Assembly (NCBI GenBank): GCA_000708835.1
Contig: DF237534.1
Span: 1 to 55,661 of the forward strand
Reading direction: 5' to 3'
DNA from: Klebsormidium nitens
Lineage: Eukaryota > Plantae > Klebsormidiophyceae
Length of the DNA: 55,661 bases
Each line of letters starts with the position of its first letter. The stretch's first letter is position 1. A program made the translations under genes and the position numbers. Below, one piece after another: positions 1 through 12,599 of the stretch. The notes below the pieces were generated by a model. It was not told the DNA's origin. It made no database searches and saw only the letters and a program-made list of their open reading frames with translations.

Positions 1-451
1 GTCGACGCAGCGAAGGCAGATGAGATGCCCCCCCTTCCCTGGGCAGATCACTGCACCACCCCTGTTCCGTGTCCGCTCCCAGTGAAAGGGTGGGTTCTTG
101 CGAGAGTACACTGGTGCACTCGACTTGCACTGGAGCCCAGAGCATGCTACACCAAAGCCATCCCTCGTGAATGCCTCCGCTCTGTGCAGTGCAAAAGCAT
201 ACCCGTAGTCGAAAGCAAAGTCCCCGTCGCCTGTGCCCTGCTTTCTAATGTAGGAAGTGCGTCCGCCTCCCAACCCCTCGGACGGAGGCGGTGGAACTGC
301 TGCTGGAACGCTTCCAACGTCTGAGAATTTGACAGCAGTGCTCGGGATGGGCTCCGCATTTCCATCGATAGTCACAGCTGCACAAGCTCGGACTGCAGAC
401 CCAACTGGGAGAGTTGTGTGAAGCGCTGCGTTCTGGGCGGGTGCTGTAGAC
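1..451 (-). CDS. Partial internal exon of an uncharacterised gene with a Cys/His-rich (RING/PHD-like) segment; continues beyond the left edge
   Basis: Minus-strand acceptor ttttttctctggcag ends at plus 452. One frame is stop-free to position 1: STAPAQNAALHTTLPVG...FGVACSGLQCKSSAPVYSRKNPPFHWERTRNRGGAVICPGKGGHLICLRCVD. It is absent from the ORF track because it has no start codon. Upstream exons were not resolved. Confidence 0.45.
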
Positions 452-1394
452 CTGCCAGAGAAAAAATGCCGAGTCCGAAGCCAACTCGGCACTTAGGTCT
501 GACATAGGTAACCCGCCTGTGGCCCCAATTGGCCAAAGTGTCAAGTGCAAGTACAACTGCAGGCCCTTGCAGGTCCCGGCGGTCCGGGTACCAGCCCGAG
601 TGTAAGCTCCGGGCAACCTGCTGCCTGAAAACGAGGCGTTTTCGCGCCCGGTGGTCCGATCCCGACGGTGTTTCGAATTCCGAGTGATCGATCCCGGAGT
701 CCCGGTCGCAGTACTTGCTATTTCACGGCACCTCCAGGCCGTAAGTATCCCGACCGACGTACTGTACCGTAACTTGTCCTTTTTGACGGGTGCACCAAAC
801 CCGTAAGTACTTACAGATGCAAAGTCCTCGACCCCCCCTCGACAGCCCCCCGCTCCTGTCAGGAAAGGTCGATTTTCTGAGTCACCGTACGGAAAAGTCA
901 TCGACGGTGCCGACCTGGTCGGGGACTGCCTCGAATTTTGCGAACCGCGATGACCGCTCGTTAAATTCCTGTTTGGTCATCGACGGCGCGGAGATGATCG
1001 AGGGTTTCAACTTGTGGCCCCGTTCGTCCGATGAAGCTTGGTTAGATTGCAAGGTCGCGCCGGCCCTCGATGAGGCTGCGACCGCGGCGGCTTTCAGCTT
1101 TTAACACGGCCGCTCACGCGGCCGGGTCCTCAGTTTTTAGGGTTCCGCCTGGCCCCGTCACGCGCCATCCTCCGAGTCCTGCAACCTCAACTTGAAGTTC
1201 AAGACAAGGACGGCTGTCCGAGTTGGATGTACCTGCTCCTCTTGTGTTTATGGTGTCTATCTGGATTAGCGTGTGACATGCATTGTTCAGCTGAGGGCAG
1301 AATATTGAGAAGCTGCCAAACGGAGAGGGGGTTTTGTGACTAAGTTGCTCAACTCGCGACAAGGATTTTGAGTCGTCTTCAGAGCGACACAACA

Positions 1395-4300
1395 ATGGAG
1401 CGCTTGTTGACCAGGTCTGTCTTGAGAGGCATTAGAAGTACACAGAGCAGTGACTCCTTTGGAGCAGCCAAAAGAGTAGCTGAAGTCTGCAGCATCCCCC
1501 AAAAAAGCAGTTGCAACCTCTCCAAAGTCTCAATCTATAGCTCCCCGGGGAGACAAATCACCTCTTTCACAGACCCGCGCGAAGCGTCTCAAGGCGTGTT
1601 TCACCATTGGCAATTTGCAAGAGGGTACATTTGTGGAGTCTCGAAACTTGGCCACAGCAGAACGTTTCAGCTTCCACAATCAGAGAGGAGTGAAGTTTGT
1701 CTCCGTTCCTTTTCTGTCGCTGCAGCTGCTGATGATATTTCAGCGCCAGTGATTGACACTGTCCTGATTGCAAACAGGGGGGAGATTGCCTGCAGAGTAA
1801 TCAGGACAGCAAAGCGTTTGGGTGTCCGAACGGTGAGCTGGTACTGAATGAAGTTCTTGGTGGCACAAATTTCTCGCCACTTTTATGAAAAACAGAGTTG
1901 AAATGTAGCCATGTCTGAAAGTTTGAGGGGTTTGCAGTTGAACTTTTGTGGCTTTCAACAAGTTGCATTGGGGCCTTGAAAGCTTAGGTCGAACAGGAAA
2001 GAGCATTGAGCATACTGATCGTGTATTGTTTTCCTGGTTTCAGTGAATCGTTTAGTCCCTTCAAGACCGTGTTGCAAGACCAAACATGCTCGGTCAGCTT
2101 TCTCTTTGCTCTGGCTGTAATTTAGCCACTTCTCTTCACTGACGTCTCCTTGCAATTCAGCTGTTACACCGGCCAAACAGCAATGTAATCATCTTGTGAG
2201 TTTTTTGATGAACAGAACTTATTCTGGACTAGATGACATAGTGGCCTTCAATCAAGCTGCCAGCATCCAGTCACCAAGTGTGGAGCCTGGAGCCCCTGCT
2301 TCCTTGTATACTGCTTGGTGCCCTTCTCAAATGCAATCGCTGAAGGTATGCATGCATTCTAATTGAACAATATTCACTTAGGACACATAGGTAGCAACTG
2401 GACTGTAGTTAAGTGCTTCCAACTGACCATCTTGTTGTAACAGGTGGCGGTGTACAGTGAAGCGGACGCCCAAGCGGAGCACGTCCGGCAGGCTGACGAG
2501 GCCATATGCATAGGCCCGGCGGCATCGAGCAAAAGCTATCTAAGAGGAGACAAGATTCTCGAGGCGGCTCTCAGAACTGGGGCCAAGGCGAGCACACGCA
2601 GCTTGTTCTAAGCTGCCCTTGGCCGCTCTGATTTTACGTCATCACGACTCCTGGAACCGTTTCTTTTGCCACAACGTCTCTGTACAAGAGTCTCAATCAT
2701 CTTTCTTCCAAATCCACGTACTAGCAATGGACACTTTTTGGATCATTTATATAATGGAGGTTGCACAACAATGCGCTTGCAATCCTCCTGTGGAAGACAA
2801 GCTGCGGTTTGTTTTCGTCACGGGTACTCCAGCTCACATGAGAATACCGCCGTTTCAAGAGCAGGCCCTTGGGCTGTCCAAACCTAGCGCCTTCACTTGC
2901 GCAATCCACTTCATTTGCACGTGCTGACAACGAAAAACGTTTACTCCTAATCCCAATCCCACGGTTCTGTGGCTGCTCTAGAAACTCCTCCCTACTTCTT
3001 ATGAACTAGGAACGGGAACAAGTTTGATATCTCGTTTGATTGATCACGCTGAGAAGTGCTGCCCAATAGCCGAGCGTGACACTCTTGTTTCTCACCCATC
3101 CGCAGGCTGTTCATCCTGGATATGGCTTCCTCTCAGAGAACGCCGAGTTCGCCAGGCAGTGTGCCGAAGCCGGAGTCGAGTTTATTGGACCCCCAGCTTC
3201 GGCGATTGAGGCCATGGGTTCAAAAAGGTGAGCTCATCGACCTTCAAAGGTCGTATCGCGAAGGAATTGGTTGTTACTGCAGTGGCCTAAACGAAAGGCC
3301 ACTTCGCCGATTTTCCCATCCCTATTCTGTCAAGTGACGAAGCTTGACGGTTCTCAACGGCATCTTTTCCATACTACTATGTTTACAAGACTCTCGTCAC
3401 AAGCTTGCTAAAAACGGCCTAAGCAGCCACCAAGGAATGAATGCTCGTCTTGAGTGTTGACAGCATGACGTCATCCTTCGCAGTGCGGCGAAGGCGCTGA
3501 TGTCAGCTGCGGGCGTGCCGGTGGTTCCGGGGTACCACGGATCGGAGCAGGCCCCTGAGTTCCTCGAGAAGGAAGCCGAGAAGACAGGCTACCCCGTCAT
3601 GATTAAGGCGGTGCAAGGCGGCGGAGGAAAGGTGGGCGTGTCTCACTCTACCCGCAGCATTTTCCAATCTACCTCTGCGAGTTTGAGCTGGAGAATCGTT
3701 TGAGCGATTTCTATTGTTTTTTCTGCGGGCTACGCTTGACGTAAAGAGTCGGACAGACTGGAGGCTCTAGGAGATATGGGCGTCAATACGCTCTAAAACA
3801 CTCATGGCCGTCACTTGCAGGGCATGCGCATCGTCGAGAACGCGTCCCAGTTCCGCGACGCCCTCGCATCAGCGCAGCGCGAGGCGATGAGCTCCTTCGG
3901 CGACTCCCGCGTGCTCATCGAACGGTACCTACCGAAGCCACGTCACATCGAGGTGCAGATCTTCGGCGACAAGCACGGCAACGCGGTGCACCTCTTCGAG
4001 CGGGACTGCAGCGTTCAGCGACGACATCAAAAGGTCAGAAGCGTTATGGTCGGCCATTTTGGTATTTGTCGTCATCCGAGCTGGTCGGACTTTGGTTCGC
4101 TTTCTTTTTATCCAGTCTAGGGTTTGAATGACTGGGTTTAAAGGACGGGCCAAAGGGTGGCGACTCGCACGGCCTACGGTTCACTTAATTTGATTCGTTC
4201 CTTGCTCGATTGCGTCCATTCTTGTTTATTTTCTGGTCAGTTAGTGTTGGTCCTTTCTCAGTATAATGTCTTCCATAAAGCACACCCAGTTATATGGCCG

Positions 4301-7300
4301 GCGCAATCAAAACGAAGTCATCGATGCGCACAGAATAGGTGGTCTGTGTCAAGAAGGACGCACGTTGTGTTCGGAGAGTTTTAGGAACTTTTCTCCTCGA
4401 CCCATGTCAGAAGTCGCAGTCCTTCACCACGTCACGCTGATGTCAGCTGGCCCTTTTCCCTTGTTGGTAGGTCATCGAGGAAGCACCGGCTCCTGGAGTG
4501 ACCCCCGAGTTCCGAAAGAGAATCGGCGGCGCGGCCGTTGATGCTGCCAAGGTGAGGGGGCCGTCGTTTAGCGCCAGATCTAGTTGCATATTTCCCGGCC
4601 CTTAACGACTCTCTATACTTGGTGAGTCGTTGGACACGGAGTTTATCCGTTGCTGGTAGCCGCATCCTTTTGAAGTGGGGAAGGGTGATCGATTGAACAA
4701 GAAAGGTCTTGTGTTTAGAAGATATCAAGAGCATGTAAGGATAGTTGGAACACCGATGACAAGCAAGAAAGAACCCATGAATCACGTACATGCATTCAGA
4801 AGCTAGTTCTTATGCACTTGTTCCGCAGGCCGTGGGTTATGGGGGCGCAGGCACAGCAGACGTCATCGTCGATCCCGAGATTGGTCTTCTTCTTCCTGGA
4901 ACGTTTTAAGTAGAAGCTGGTTTCCGCTTTCCAAGTAGGAATGTCTTGACTTGAGCATTCCTCGCAGGCGGTGGGTCACGTTGGCGCAGGCACGGTACAC
5001 TTTATTGTCAACCCAGGTTCATGAGACTCTTCCTTGAAATGAACGCATCTTAATTTCAGTTTTCAGAAAGTTTTATCGGGTGTCCTCCTCCGGAAGCCGT
5101 GGGTTACGTGGGCGTGGGCACGTTAGAGTCTAGTGTCGATTTCGAGACGACGGAATATTTCTGCAAGCAAACGAAAAATCCGACACTTGCGTTTCAGAAG
5201 GTCGATCTCGTAGTAGAACATCTTACGATTATGTATTTCTCGCAGGCTGTGGATTACGTCGGCGCAGGCACGGTAGAGTTCATCGTCGATTCCAAATCGT
5301 TGGATTTCTTTTCTATGGAGATGAGCACGCGGCTCCAAATATCAGAAGCGTGAACCAGTTGCCATATGGGAAAACCCCGAAAGTATAATGAAGCCCTTAA
5401 TTTCAATCGTTTATCAACCTCGTGAAATTCTGTTTCTCGCAGGCCGTGGGTTCTGTGGGCGCAGGCACGCTAGAGTTCATCGTCGATCCCGAGACGATGG
5501 AGTTCTTCTTTATGGAACTGAACATCTCCGCTTCTCGTTCCAGAGCTTGAAGTCAATCTCTGAAGTTCAAACGCCATGGTCTTGCTTTCCCGCAGGCCGT
5601 GGGTTACGTGGGCGCAGGCACGGTTGAGTTCATTGTGGACCCAGAAACGATGGAGTTCTTTTTCATGGAGATGAACACGCGGCTCCAAGTGGAGCACCCG
5701 GTCACGGAGATGGTCACCGGGACGGACCTCGTGGAGTGGCAGCTGCGCGTTGCGGCCGGGGAGCGGATTCCGCTGCTACAGGACGGAATCCAGCTGCAAG
5801 GTCAGCAGAATTATTATCAGTCGTTTCTCGCTTGTCATACTTAGAAAAGCATGCTGCGAGAATATCACTTGGCCCGGTATGCACACTGATTTGGTTTAGT
5901 TTCTTCTGAGTCGTGTGCAGAACCTGCAGGAGGTGATGAGCTTCAAAGCTTTCAAGCTGCCCCAATTGCGCACACGTTCTTCCAGAGTATCCTCGACGTG
6001 CCCGGATCGAACAATTGCTTTTGCTCCGTTTTGGGCGACCAACTTTGCAGAGCACCAGTCGCCCTCAGTTCCCCTGAAGGTGTCGCTGTCAAGTCTAATG
6101 TATGAGCAGCCGCTCACACAAGTAGACACAGGGACGGATTCAGGAATTCATTGATGAACTTGAGGAGCCGTCTTCAATCATCGCTGAAGCACACTTGTAA
6201 TTACGAAGCCATTCTCGGATCGTAGACCTTCTTCCCGAACCGAAACTCCAAAAGTTCACCATTGGAAAGTGACGGTTTGAGCCATCCAAGTGTACGCTGA
6301 AAGCGTCCTCCGACGCAGGGTCTGCTAAGGGACTATTCCGATCCGGCGACGGCTCCATCCTAACCCAATAATTAAACCCAAATTTCCAGCCTTAAATTTC
6401 AACCGCTCAACGTTCGCCCGCAGGTCACGCGTTCGAGACCCGCATTTACGCCGAGAACGTCCCCCGGGGCTTCCTCCCGGCCGCAGGCCGGCTGCACCAT
6501 CTCCGAACGCCGTCGGACCTGCCGGGCGCCGTCCGGGTCGAGACGGGCGTCCGCGAGGGTGACGTTATCAGCACGTACTACGACCCAATGATTGCGAAGC
6601 TGGTCGTGTGGGGGAAGGACCGGGGGGCGGCGCTCGTGAAGCTGCGGCAGGCGCTGGGGGAGTACCAGGTGAGCTGGGATGACGTCAGCCAGTGGGTGAC
6701 GTCATCATGTGACGTTGCGGTCCATTCAAAGGTCTGGACGGTCGGGCTCGTGTGGTGTTTGGAGTCTTCAGTCATTACGGAAATAAGGTGTCAAATGCTT
6801 TTCCGCTCAGGGAAGTTTCGAGAGCCCTCGAAGGCCGGGTCCGTTCTTTGAGGTTTGCTTTAATCCAACGGTCCATTTCAATCAAATCAGGCTCTTTCCC
6901 GGACATATGAAAGGGCGAGGGTGTCTTGCTCGAGGTTGGCTTGTTTGACATTTTGAGCATCGGACAGAGTCGGAAGATCTGCAAACTTTTGCGAAACAAG
7001 CTTAAGACGGAACCGCTCGGCAAGCTGCGCTTAGCTGTGTCATCCCTCAGCTCAGTAGCTTCTATCACGGCTAACCGCCAAGACAACTGAGATGAATCGA
7101 GTCAGAAGCAGGTTCACAGACCCTGAGCACTTCTTGAGAGCCGCTTACCCGCAAACCCACCGGAAGTATCTTGGACCAGACTAGGGACCGGGACACTAAG
7201 AGTACTTCTCGGACAGAAGATGAGAGTGAGACCCGCTTTGTTTGACTACCAACGCCTTCCTCCAATCAGAACCGGCCTCTCGCTGCAGATTGCCGGCATG

Positions 7301-10300
7301 CCCACCAACGTACCGTTTCTCAAAGCCCTCGCCGCCCACCCGTCTTTTTCCGCTGGTGACGTGGACACGGGCTTCATCGGACGTCACAGAGCGGCGCTGA
7401 TTCCCGAGCGGCTGTCCGAGGAGGGCGCGACCGCGCCGGCTAAACCCCTTTATGAGGGTTTAGAAACCGGGCGTGTTTACACCGAAGGAGAAAAGGAGGC
7501 GCTTGCGGTGGCTGCGGTTGGGCTGTGTTTGCAGGAACGGGTTACGTTGAGAGGTGGGTTATAAAGGGGTTAACGCATTGACGACGAATTCAAGAAGTCG
7601 TACTCAATCTGATTGCAACGCGTACCCCTTCAACAAGTTACAAGAGTGGATTGGGTTGAGAAGTGGGTTCAAAAGGCGGTCATATTTGGGCCGAAGAAGA
7701 TAGAAAATCCAAATACAATTCACTCACCCCGTCGTATCCCTCAAACAAGCACCAAGAAAGGACGTGCTAGCGCATTGGGAGAATGTCAGCTGTCGAACTT
7801 TGTCTGCCGCGTCCATTTTTCAGAGATGGGTTTGGGATGCGGTCACACTACGTACGTGATTTGGGGAGGCGAGTATCGTTCAGAGGTGGCTTTGGGATGC
7901 ACTCATGTCCAGAGATCGGTTCGAGAAGATGCGAAGCGTTCAGCTGGGCTTGGGATAAAGTCGATAAATGCTTTGTTTCTCACGAGTAAGTCATGTCAGA
8001 AATTGTTGAGTTTCTCTCGGGAAAGGGAACAGAGGAGCCATGCCTCCTCTCACCAAGTGAAGGAGGGGGTTTGTGTGGTCAAGCGCTCTTCTCGCTCCCG
8101 GTCCACGATCCGCCTTCTTCAAAAAATGTGCGTAATGAGGCCCTCCATTTTGCAGACACTTCTCTTTGATAGGCTGTGCTCGAGCACCAACGATTGAGAT
8201 CGGCCCAGCCACTTTGTGCCGCTGCAGGTTATTGGCGCCTTCTGACATCGTTGGTTCCGACTAACCCAACCGCTTTCAAACGCTCATCCACCATGATATC
8301 CCGCATTCTGCGCCACTGTCGCGAGGCCAAGAAGAGCTCCGCCCCCCCCTCAACAAACAGCCATACCTATGTCATCTGAGGACTTTGGTCCGCTCTACAG
8401 ATGATACGCTATGGAGCGCCGCTGCCGGAGTCCGCTTGAACACCGGCTTCTCCCAACCGGTCGCCCTTCAACCGGTCGACGAGGCAGCAGGCCCGGGCGA
8501 CCTAGAAGCCGCAGCCGAGCACGTGACGGTCGCCCACAATCGGGACGGCAGCTTCCAAGCGGTAAGACTTGTAGGACATGTGTAGGAAACGTCGGCCTGA
8601 ATAAGTAATCCGAAGGAATTGGAGTTTGTCAGATTCTGCCCAATCAGCGTTTGAGAATGGCACACTAGCTCTTGGCGACTGTGAGGGCAGAGACTTCGCC
8701 TGTGGTGACTGCATAGGTGCCGTCAGCTAGGCTTGCCGAGCGGTTTTCAACGTGAGGCTTTGACAGCTCATCGCTGATGTATGCTGTATCCACTAGGCTC
8801 TTAGGGGTGTTAGGTACAGGGAAGCAGATCTGCGATGCACAAGTCTTCGTCTGTGGTACTTCACTCATGACGCCGGATCCCATGTTGGGCGACGGAGCCA
8901 TGACGTCAGCACCGCGTCTCTTTAGTTTTCGGTTGCCAATTCTTCAGTAGAGAGTCCAAACCTACATCGGGCTTGACGATAGATGGTCTCATAGCTGACG
9001 TGTGCGTTCAACAAGGCGGCTTGTTTTCAAAAATTGAGGTGGAAGCTACCCCTGTTATGTAAGATTAACGAAAACGCTGATCAATTGGAAGCGTTTTGCA
9101 GAGTTTTGGCGACCACTGCTGTCTGGTGAAGGCCCAGTTGGACGCCGGAGACGTCAAGAAGCTGCGAGTAGAAGTGGACGGGCATGCAAAGACGGCGACG
9201 ATTGCCAGGTTTGAGCAGGTGAGTACTTGATGCCTTTTCGCGGAAAATTTCGAAATCTGGCGGAAGGAGATAACGTTCCCATATTGCATCCGCTCAATCA
9301 TACGTGAGCGATAGTAGGGCGATAGCGAAACATGACCAGTTCTGCTCACGGGGAGACTTCAGGTGCGTGGCTCCTCCAGATCTCGTCACTGCTTTTTTCC
9401 GACTGTTTGCTCATTCTTGCTTCCGGAGAATGAACGTCTCCCGGCGCTCCGTTACGCATCGAGATGAAAAGTGCGCTCCTCTTTATATGCCTATATTTCA
9501 AGTATGATAAGGTCATGGCCTGGGTCTACGGGTGGGTTAGGCTGGGGTTTAGGGTGGGTCAGTGTGCTGATTGCGTGAATCTGTTAAGGTAGATTTTGAG
9601 TTCTCTTTTACCCCCGGGACTGTTGTTTAACGTACGTAGATTCATCCTACCAGGAGTATCTCTTCTTCGCCGCTCTTTGAAACCCGCGGCTGGTGTCCGT
9701 GCATTTGTATTCATCTGCCTCAATCAACCTTCTATGCAAAGGATCACAGCGTTCACTAACATTCTGGCTGCTGATCACCCTTGGTCAAGCTGATTACGTC
9801 GATCTGGCTGATGACCGGCACTCAAACGGAAAATAAGTAGCCCCCTACTTTCTTTTCCATTCTGGACTTCGAATCTCCACCAGGTTTGGTTAACGACGTT
9901 CAGATCAAGTCAAACGGCACGTCTTAGATCCGCATGGTCCATTCGCCAATTCTTCGCCAATTCGAGTAAGCAGCACAACTCTGCCTTACTAAAGGACCTC
10001 ATCACGTCGTCCGAACTCGTTTCAGGGGGGCCGCTCGCACCTGCACCTGTGGCTGGGGGGCGCCCACTACCACTTCACCGTGCCCAAGGCTGCCCCCTGG
10101 GAGGAAGACGGCGACCCCCTGCAGCGGCACGGCAAAACGGTGACCCCCATGCCGGGGCGCGTCGTGAAAGTGGTCGCCGCGAAGGGCGCGCTGCTCAAGA
10201 AAGGCGACCCTATTCTGATCCTGGAGGCCATGAAGATGGAGGTGAGCCGTTGGGGAAGAGGTGCAGAATTTATTGGGGTTGCTGTACACGACACGCAACT

Positions 10301-10962
10301 GCAGCAAGTGCGTCACGTCTCCGTAGAGGATGCCTTCTGAACGGCGCGCATGCCGATTGAGTGGAAAGGCCTTTTTAGCGACCTCTGAGCACTACCATTC
10401 GTACGATAGAAAAGTGGTGCACAGTTGTGGGTATTAAAAACCAGCCCGCCTTTGTGCATTCCGATAAACAAACGCCTGGTCAATGTTTAAGTCTTGATCT
10501 CAAGAAAATAAGGTACATAAATAATAAGGTCATCTTACCGGGCAAGAACAAACAAGACATCCTAACCCAAAGATTCACCCGCTCCGCACCGGAACCTACC
10601 CTAACCACCAAGGCTAACTCCACCCGTCCGCCGGGCTTGACCTTATCATTTATAGGGCTTATCATTCACAGATGAGTCTTAGCTGGTGCATGTCGATAGC
10701 CCGCGACTCTCAGACCGCTTCCCGGAAGCTCCGATGATCCAGTACCCCAACGTATGAATGGCCACATGTATCAACGTATTTAGCATGCGGTTCCCAAAAC
10801 TTCATTCTCGGTAACTCCCTTCAACTGCAGCACATTGTGCGGGCACCAATGGAGGGTCTGCTCGAGGCGTTGGCCGTGAAAGAGGGGCAGCAAGTGGAGG
10901 AAGGCGCGTGGCTTTTCGAAATGAAGGTGCGACGAACGTATTCCTCAATAGCGACGAGCTAA
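1395..10962 (+). CDS. MCCA: 3-methylcrotonyl-CoA carboxylase alpha (biotin-containing) subunit, about 828 aa, 13 exons, with a long N-terminal targeting-like extension
   Basis: Exons 1395-1832, 2444-2587, 3106-3227, 3484-3631, 3821-4033, 4471-4551, 5596-5800, 6424-6668, 7289-7553, 8401-8561, 9102-9218, 10026-10241, 10831-10962 join with consistent phases. Biotin carboxylase motifs: [97 protein letters not shown]. Biotinyl motif EAMKME. The VVPGYHG/EQAPE and [19 protein letters not shown] segments fit MCC alpha better than ACC, PCC or pyruvate carboxylase (from memory of these families). Confidence 0.9.
4815..5690 (+). repeat. Tandem array of six copies of [3' splice site + start of MCCA exon 7]; five degenerate copies and one functional copy
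   Basis: Units of the form cgcag|GCCGTGGGTTACGTGGGCGCAGGCACG begin at 4829, 4968, 5096, 5246, 5443 and 5596 (spacing 139, 128, 150, 197, 153 bp). Confidence 0.92.
7819..7956 (+). repeat. Degenerate 60-bp-period intronic tandem repeat (3 units) in MCCA intron 9
   Basis: ttcagagatgggtttgggatgc (7819), ttcagaggtggctttgggatgc (7879), ttcagctgggcttgggat (7939); exact 60-bp spacing. Confidence 0.6.
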
Positions 10963-11492
10963 GGGTCAGGAGTGGAATCAAAGGACGCTCTTGAAACACT
11001 CTAATTTGAGTACATGCGTCCCTTGTTCGCATCAACCGTCAATCACTCTTTGACCGCGGTCGGGGAATGGAAAGACAATGCTTCACGTCCGCTACTTTGG
11101 GTGTGTTTGGCACATGGGTATTCCAGAACCTTGTGCATTTCTCCAGATCTGTCGTACTGCTTGCAACTTGGTGAAGAAACGGCTAGCCTGTTAGCGACAC
11201 ATAGTAAAGACGCCGCTGCGAAAAATAGGTCCGCCGCTTCGTCGAACACGACTCTGGCTGTTGTCAGTACTTTTTCCGGGAATCATTTTCTCATTCCGAG
11301 CGTAGAACAAGAGACGTGCCCAAATCATGAGGCCTCGTCGAGTCTTGGACCAAGTCTTGCTGACGCCGTGCTTTCGCATGGACTTCGAGCGTAGCATAGG
11401 TTTCCGCCGGAGTTAGCAATATGTTTCCCTTGTTATCTCACAGCTTATGGGCTATTTACTACGTGTGAATTACATCTCTGCTTCTTTCTCAG

Positions 11493-11519
11493 GAATCAAT
11501 AGCGCCAGTCAAACTCTGA
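11493..11519 (+). CDS. Candidate alternative terminal micro-exon of MCCA (ESIAPVKL*)
   Basis: Pyrimidine-rich acceptor catctctgcttctttctcag ends at 11492. The exon is phase 0 and compatible with a donor AAG|GTGCGA at 10927 in the last MCCA exon. Confidence 0.35.
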   Translation, partial: ESIAPVKL

Positions 11520-12599
11520 CGCTTTCCGCGAGCTGGTGAGAGTATCTCTACGATACAATGTGTTTCGGCTAGCAAGCGCTCCAGACTTGGGCGCCTGACA
11601 AGGACATTGTTCAGATTCAGCAGTTAGTGCTTGCCTTGCAAACGTTTTTGAGGAACCCTGTACATACTTAGGAGGTTGGGGAGCGACAGAGTACATATGC
11701 GTTGATCAATGTTGAGATTAAAAAGGCCTTGTAGCTTATTAGAGAACGTAGATCCAGGGAGACGACAAAGAGAGACATGTCACTGTATAGTAAGCGGCTT
11801 CGAGATAGGTTCTACTTACTAGGCTTGTAGGCTGTTGAAACGATGAGAAACTCTGTGGACGACTTTTGTCGGCCCATCCGTTCAGGTTGAGAGCGCGAGC
11901 TCAAAGCTGGTGCATCCAAGTGACGCTGACACAGTTCAACCTAACTCAAAACTCGAATTTGCGCACATGCAGTTCACATACGCTTTTATTGACTCGTAAA
12001 TCGCACATGGGTGCATGCATGTCCCGCCTCAGTAAAGTGCGGCTAATGCACAAACTTACCCAATCTTTGACTCGAAGCCCAAGCCCCGCTCCCATGTATG
12101 TCGAATCTCAGATCGATCATGCTTATCGTGTATAGGTGCGATGAATCCAAAATAATGAGATATCTTATTCAATTCAATCTGCATGCCTGACAATCACTGA
12201 ATTAATAAATCACGACCTGCACGAACAGCCTTCATGCGGGACGTGTACGAGATTTGAGGTCAATGACCGAGTCACTCAGTGCAGTGACCGCTGTATCATT
12301 AACCGGACCTGAATCACAGAGTTATGAAACCTCCCGCGACCGGGCACATCCCGGCTGGGTGGCGCCGCCACGGCCTTGATATCATGGTTCATCGCATCCA
12401 ACAAAAACGTATATCATGGTGCTATACTTGGGACCTTAGACAGTGCATTGAAGGAATAATATGGGAATGTCAATCAATAACAGTCGGGAGACTCACTGAG
12501 TCTGGATCCACACGTCCCTTTCAATCCAGATTCGGGCAAGGGCGCGCATATTGATCCTATAGCAGAATTGAAATCATAAAATGATAATGATATCTGAAT

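Noticed and set aside
245-901. 218-aa minus-strand ORF as a complete gene
   Set aside because: The translation is not protein-like and crosses clear splice signals; a different frame (1-451) is the better coding candidate.
4815-5690. CRISPR-like reading of the repeat array, or mutually exclusive exons
   Set aside because: The context is eukaryotic, the units are copies of an exon start, and there are no cas genes. The copies have stops and no downstream donors, so they cannot be productive alternative exons.
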